64,000 nucleotides of DNA from Eledone cirrhosa (lineage: Eukaryota), in the NCBI GenBank assembly GCA_964016885.1, contig OZ024742.1:250790001-250854000 (forward strand), read 5' to 3'. The notes beneath the pieces are model-generated. The model saw only the letters and a list, made by a program, of their open reading frames with translations. It was not told the origin of the DNA and did not search any database. Positions 58,583-64,000 of this stretch are shown piece by piece. A program made the position numbers and the translations under genes. How positions within the stretch are numbered: position 1 is the stretch's first letter; the number at the start of each line of letters is the position of its first letter.

Positions 58583-58802
58583 CAGGCATGTCAAACTAAG
58601 GGTCTCCCGAGGGCCACATGGGTCACATATGTGTTGTCTGAAGGCCACACACGACAACTAATTGTGCACATTACAACTGTTTTTTTTTTTGTTTTTTTTT
58701 GTTTTTTTGTATATTACGAAGATAAAACATGCTCGCGCTGTAAAAAAACCTTTGTACGGGCCGCAGGTGTTCTTGTAAAGGGCCGCATATTTAACATGCT
58801 TG
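58583..58802. mobile_element. hAT MITE inserted into a SINE-A copy (about 58495-58900)
   Basis: TIR caggcatgtcaaac and a perfect TSD ctttatgt. Orientation is reversed relative to 54556. Confidence 0.9.
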
Positions 58803-59069
58803 CTTTATGTTATCGATTTTATCGACTTTCTCAGAAGAAAAGCGAACTTGACCTCGGCAGAATTTGAACTCAGAAACTAAAGAGCTCTAATGATTCTACC
58901 TATCTACAACAACAATATTGACTACAAAACAGGGCATATGAACCTCCATTTTTCTGTTATGAGGGTTCATATGCCCTTTTATTAGAATATTTTCTGCAGT
59001 GAAAGCTTTTATTCTATTTTCAAAATGTTCAATCGCCACCGTATTCTAGTTCACTCGTACTTAAACAAT

Positions 59070-59465
59070 AATTGTTTCTACTATAGGCACAAGGACAGCA
59101 ATTTAGGGGTAAGGGAAAGTCGATTAAATCGATTCCAGTGCATTACTGGTACTTTATTTTATCGATCCCGTAAGGATGAAAGATAAAGCTAACCTCAGTG
59201 GGATTTTATCTCAGAACGTAAAGGGCCGTAACTCAATGCCACAAAGCATGTTCTCCGACGCTTTATAATTTAGGCCCAGCCCAGTAATGTTTCTTGGGGA
59301 TGGGGTCAATTATATTGACCCCAGTACTTGGTTGGTACTTTATGTTAAATTACCCCGGGAGCATGAAAGGTAAAGTTGACCTCACCGGGATTTCAACTCA
59401 GAACGTAAAGGACCGTAACTCAGTGTTGCAAAAAAGTATTTGTCCGACGATTATCGATTCTGACA
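59070..59465 (-). mobile_element. Two diverged SINE-A copies
   Basis: ggcacaaggacagc, tggtactttat, atgaaag..aaag..acctc and ctcagaacgtaaagg. Confidence 0.7.
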
Positions 59466-59599
59466 CATATTTTGGAATTAATTGAAACCCGTCAGTACTT
59501 AGCTGTTACCTTATTTTATTGACCCTCGAAAATAGATTTGAACTCTGTATATAGAGGGCCACAATGAATTATAAGAATACATTTTATCGTGTTGTCACA

Positions 59600-60442
59600 A
59601 TTGGTGGTCTTCTCAGTCAGGACGAGCTCCGCATCTCCATTGCACTCCGATTTGGAGCCGATGTCTGCGGGAGTCTGAGATGTCGCTGTGGTAGGTCCCT
59701 TGACTCCACAGGCCTACATGGTTTATCCCGCCTCCCGAATGCTGGTCGTTTCACCCACCACACTGAGCTAAACCTGATCATTAAACTCAGGTAAATATCC
59801 CCCCAATTCTGGAGCAGGTTGGTTTATCCAGAAGTGATGGATGGAAAGAGATCAGACGGCCTTACTCTTTGTCCCTGGATAAGAGACGGGTGTCTCTCCT
59901 GGAACGCCACAGTCAGTGACTCTTTTGCCTCCTCCCACAACATGGATGCCGCGGTAAATGTTGGGGTCACTGCTTCCGTTGCCGAACGGAATAAAATCCG
60001 GAAATACCTGGATCTATCTAATAATTATTATTCCAGCCTGTGACGTTCGAGACGTTTGCTGGAGTTGGGCCGCTGACAGCAATGTTCTTGTCATCGCTGG
60101 CGGCTCGCCTTACTGAGGTGTCAGGTGATGCCTGTGAGTGTGCCTCGTTATTTCAGTGCCTTAGCCTCGCCATCAACAGTGGTAATGCTGCGAACGTATT
60201 GGCTTGCTTCAAAATATTCCGTTGACCTTGCGATGTCGCACTTGGGGATCAATCGATGGTCGTTTTTATTTTTCGTTCCCCCACCTCTTTGTAAATATCT
60301 TCCGTGATTTTTCTCTCGCACTGGTCATATATTTTGATTCATTGTATTTGTGAGGTTCATAGCAATAGTTAATTGTATTTGTTATCTAAAAGAATTGTGA
60401 GCAATTTGTAATGTTATTTATGTATATATTAATGAAAAAAAT
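59600..60442 (+). mobile_element. CRE-clade-like non-LTR retrotransposon 3' fragment (Zn-knuckle plus restriction-like endonuclease), frameshifted
   Basis: LRISIALRFG-CRCG-D-G-HGLS, DGKRSDGLTL.PW, W(N)ATV, AERNKIRKY, FETFAGVGP and LFQCLSLAINSGNAANV, followed by an AT-rich 3' region with a short A tail. Confidence 0.8.
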
Positions 60443-60774
60443 TTAGTTACAATTGAAATTGCCGAGATGATATGAACTTTTGGCATTTTGGTTTGAATCT
60501 AAATAGGTTATCACTTGTACCGTCTTTGAAGTAGTAGATGAGTGAGGTGATATGAGGGAGAAAACAGGATAAAAAGACGTGAGAGAGAATGACAGAAAAT
60601 GAAAGAGGAAGAAAAAAGTTAGAAGAGGAGTAAAAATAACAAGGAAGCACACATACTCACACATACACATGTATATACATATATATCATCAGTACACACA
60701 CACACACACTCTCTCTGTATATATATAACTTTGATAGGTTTTGGCCAGTATTGGCCCAGGATATGTCTAACTTA

Positions 60775-61159
60775 ATAGCACCATCTGGCATTCGCGGTCC
60801 TGGTTATTCGCGGAATTTTTCTTAGAACCGAACTAATAGTTCACGGAAACCATCGCATATTTGCAGAATTGTAAATATCTTCCGTGATTTTTATTATTGC
60901 TTTTTTTCGTGGCAATATATATATTATATATATATATATATATTTTTTTTAACGCTAAATTATTATTAACACTACATCGTATATGCCGGTCTATTGGACA
61001 CCCCATTCGCATAAGGCTCCCTCTTTTTTTAAATTATATTTTACGTTATATTTTGACGTGTTTATAGGCATTTTTATGGACCACGTCCAATATTCGCTGT
61101 TTTTCACTCTTCGTGGATACTCTAAAAACGTAACACCCACGAATACCGGGGGACTACTG
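60775..61159. mobile_element. pogo/Tigger-like MITE, left end decayed
   Basis: The right end is cacgaataccgggggactactg|TA, followed by (TA)n. The left side has repeated attcgcgg motifs. Confidence 0.5.
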
Positions 61160-61225
<66 letters not shown>

Positions 61226-61466
61226 TGCATGGTCTCGTAACTCCTAAGGGAGTTGCAGGGGCGCCGTATTAACATACGGCGTTTCTAGGGCACTTTTTAA
61301 ACTTGGCAGAGCCCAATTCTCTCCAGGTCTGATTATAGCAGATTTCTTCCAGAGAAGGATAGAGAGAGTGAGAAAATGGATATGAGAAAGAGATATAGAG
61401 GAAGAATTGACCCTAGTACTTAGACTACTTTTCTTTATCGGTCTTGAATATATATATATATATATA

Positions 61467-62788
61467 TATGTAGATAAATCTACCAAAATATACGGTAGTG
61501 TCCAATCCGTATGAAGAACTCAATGTAATCCAAATATCATGAAAAGAGAAGATGCATTCAAAAATTTTCGATGAAAAATCACAGGAAAACAGAGTCAAGA
61601 TAAATGAATAAAAACAAAGAACAAGTTCCTTATATTAAAAAATTCATCATTTTACGATCGTTTCTAGGATATATATGTGTGTTGGTATGTATATCATATA
61701 GATCTATGTACAAATATTACAAACTATCAGAGGAAATATACATACCTTCACACATATATATGCTGTCTTCAGAAATGATGAGATTTGTTTATTGAAAAAA
61801 AAAAAAAAAGATTTAATATAATAGGTCTGTTTGGGAACAGGTTTTGAATTGACCAATAGAAAAGTAGTAATAGGTCAAGTTGATAGAATAGTGGTAGTAG
61901 TAGAAGTTTAATTTAGGGGTAGAGGAATGCAGACTTATGTTTTGAATGGAAAGAATACTTTGAATGAAAAGAATACTTTGGGGATGAAAAGAGGTCAAGC
62001 CGGTGAAGGGTACACGAAAATTTGATGTTATTAAAGAATAATGTTAAAAACGAAGGAGAGTAAAATGTTAGGGTAAGGGTATTAGTGAGAAATACCAATC
62101 TTATTTAAACCACAAGGAATTTAGATCTATAACAAGAAATTAAATTAATTGATAGGTATACTTATAGGGATAAATTTATATTAATTCATATGGATGTGAT
62201 AAATAAGAATTAGATGTTATTAAAGAATGTTGTTAAAAACGAAGGGAAAGAAAATTTGGGGATAAGGGTAGTAGTGAGAAATACCAATCTTATATAAACT
62301 ACAAGGAATCTAGATTCATAACAGGAAATTAAATTAATTTATATGTATATTTTTAGGTATTAATTTTAGGAATAGAGAGCTGTAAGAGGGAAATAAAATT
62401 ATGAAGTTCTCTGTAGTAAAGTACTAATTATAGGTTAACTAAATTAAAAAAACTAATTATAATAATATGTAAAATATAAGTGTAAGGTGTATATTAATTA
62501 GGTTTATAATATTTGAAGGTTCTTCTAATTCTATGATTGCAAGATATAATTAATTCTTGTCGCTTATTTAATAGGATATCCTAAGATTTCATTATTTCAA
62601 AAAGTTCCTGGGAGCATAATCTACACTCATATCTGTTATTTTGATGAAGGTATGTATATTTCCTCTGATAGTTTGTAATATTTTTACATAGATCTATATG
62701 ATATACATACCAACACACATATATATCCTAGAAACGATCGTAAAATGATGATTTTTTAATATAAGGAACTTGTTCTTTGTTTTTATTA

Positions 62789-62795
<7 letters not shown>
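61467..62795 (-). mobile_element. Penelope-like element 3' fragment with hammerhead-bearing pLTR and inverted duplication at its truncated 5' end
   Basis: The - strand at about 62646-62494 reads HQNNRYECRLCSQELFEIMKS*DILLNKRQELIISCNHRIRRTFKYYKPN*, a PLE GIY-YIG C-terminus. 62645-62795 is an inverted copy of about 61600-61750. Confidence 0.75.
61644..61781 (-). ncRNA. Type-I hammerhead motif with a ~100-nt stem II domain
   Basis: The - strand reads tcatcattt CTGAAGA [cagc atatatatgtgtg aa ggtatgtatat ... atatacatacc aa cacacatatatat ccta] GAAA CGATCG TA aaatgatga. Stem I is 9 bp and stem III is palindromic. Confidence 0.75.
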
Positions 62796-62827
<32 letters not shown>

Positions 62828-62829
<2 letters not shown>

Positions 62830-62878
62830 CTTCTACAGGACTAGCACTGTTTCATTCGTGAGAAATCATCAGGAAGCT
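62828..62878 (-). ncRNA. Type-I hammerhead motif with full stem III
   Basis: The - strand reads agcttc CTGATGA t-ttc-tcac-gaa-t GAAA cag-tgctagtc-ctg TA gaagct. A decayed + strand copy lies at about 63677-63726. Confidence 0.7.
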
Positions 62879-62940
62879 GAGTACCTTACTTACTGTAGTT
62901 ACCCCCAATTGAACCCGGAATAACTTATATATATATATAT

Positions 62941-63220
62941 AAACCATATTTATTCTATTATATATATTTCAAGGGTACCAAAAACTTTGATACGCTTTCA
63001 TCAGATAAAATACAAAGTGTGTTTTATAAATTTTGACATACCCAAGGAACATACCTTATCAGTTGAATTTTCCTTGGATAGTCAAGGAAAATTCAACTGA
63101 TAAGGTATGTTGCTTGGCTTATGTCAAAATTTATAAAACACACTTTGTATTTTATCTGATGAAAGCGTACCAAAGTTTTTGGTACCCTTGAAATATATTT
63201 AATAGAATAAATATGGCTTT
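62941..63220. repeat. ~280-bp near-perfect palindrome (loop 63077-63082) carrying a hammerhead in each arm
   Basis: The arms are reverse complements. Hammerhead motifs at 62951-63012 (-) and 63148-63209 (+). Confidence 0.9.
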
Positions 63221-63354
63221 ATAAATATAGTTTCCATTTATTTAATATCATTGAATATTTCCTCCAGAAAACTGTCGAGTGCTCTGAATCAGTTATAAAC
63301 ATTTATATTTGTTGAATTACCAACAAATTAAATATCCCTTCTGCGTATATATAT

Positions 63355-63640
63355 AAAATATTAAAAAAATAATGAATAAAACAATGAAACAGTTCCTTAT
63401 ATTAAACAAAAAAAGTTTAATATAAGGAACTGTTTCATTGTTTTAAAAGTTTAATATAAGGAACTGTTTCATTGTTTTATTCATTATTTTTTTTATATTT
63501 TATCTTGACTCTGTATTCCGTTTATCTTTCACCGAAAGTGATTTTTGAATGCATCTCTTCTTTCCATGATATCCGGATTACATTGAGTTATTCATACGGA
63601 TTGGACACTACCGTAAACTTTTGGTAGATTTATCTACATA
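63355..63640. repeat. Inverted copy of 61467-61640 with a terminal fold-back and a ~34-bp tandem duplication
   Basis: aaaacaatgaaacagttccttatattaaac pairs with gtttaatataaggaactgtttcattgtttt, which occurs twice. Confidence 0.8.
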
Positions 63641-64000
63641 TATATATATATATATAGAAATGGCTTCCACGGGACTTTCATGATGTTTTCCTTCGAATGA
63701 AACAGTTCTAGTCCTGTAGAAGCCATTTCTATATTAAATATTTATACTCTGCCATGTATTGAGTACCTTACTTACTGTGGTTATTCCCAAATGTACCTGG
63801 TGGGATACACACTAACGTTAGTATGGAAACGTCACTAAACGTTAATGGGATACACACACACACACACATATATATCCATAACCCTATAGCTACCATCCAG
63901 ACTTCTACACAGCATAATAACCGGCAGACTAACACCCAGAATAATTGTAACTGTAGATCAAATAGAACCTGCCCTTTAAATAAAAATTGCTTAATCAAGG

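Overview
This is AT-rich, repeat-dense eukaryotic DNA with no complete host gene that I can recognise. The SINE, MITE and microsatellite content looks like an octopus-type cephalopod genome (inference). About 23 kb (c. 13.6-36.8 kb) is one 21-bp tandem array of about 1,070 units. It keeps a single + strand frame (TDNTTTI, one N-T-T sequon per canonical unit) for about 7,700 codons with one in-frame stop, and shows a readable nested 5,397-bp and 2,079-bp duplication history. The flanks are a nested transposon landscape: a decayed RTE-like LINE with TSD and an empty paralogous site, a CRE-like RLE fragment, two tRNA-derived SINE families (including TSD-bracketed dimers), hAT, piggyBac-type and mariner/pogo MITEs, a Helitron-like element, and several minisatellites. 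The least obvious signal is a set of at least 7 type-I hammerhead ribozyme motifs of several sequence types. Some sit next to Penelope-like GIY-YIG fragments with fold-back ends, and they cluster densely at 61.5-63.8 kb.
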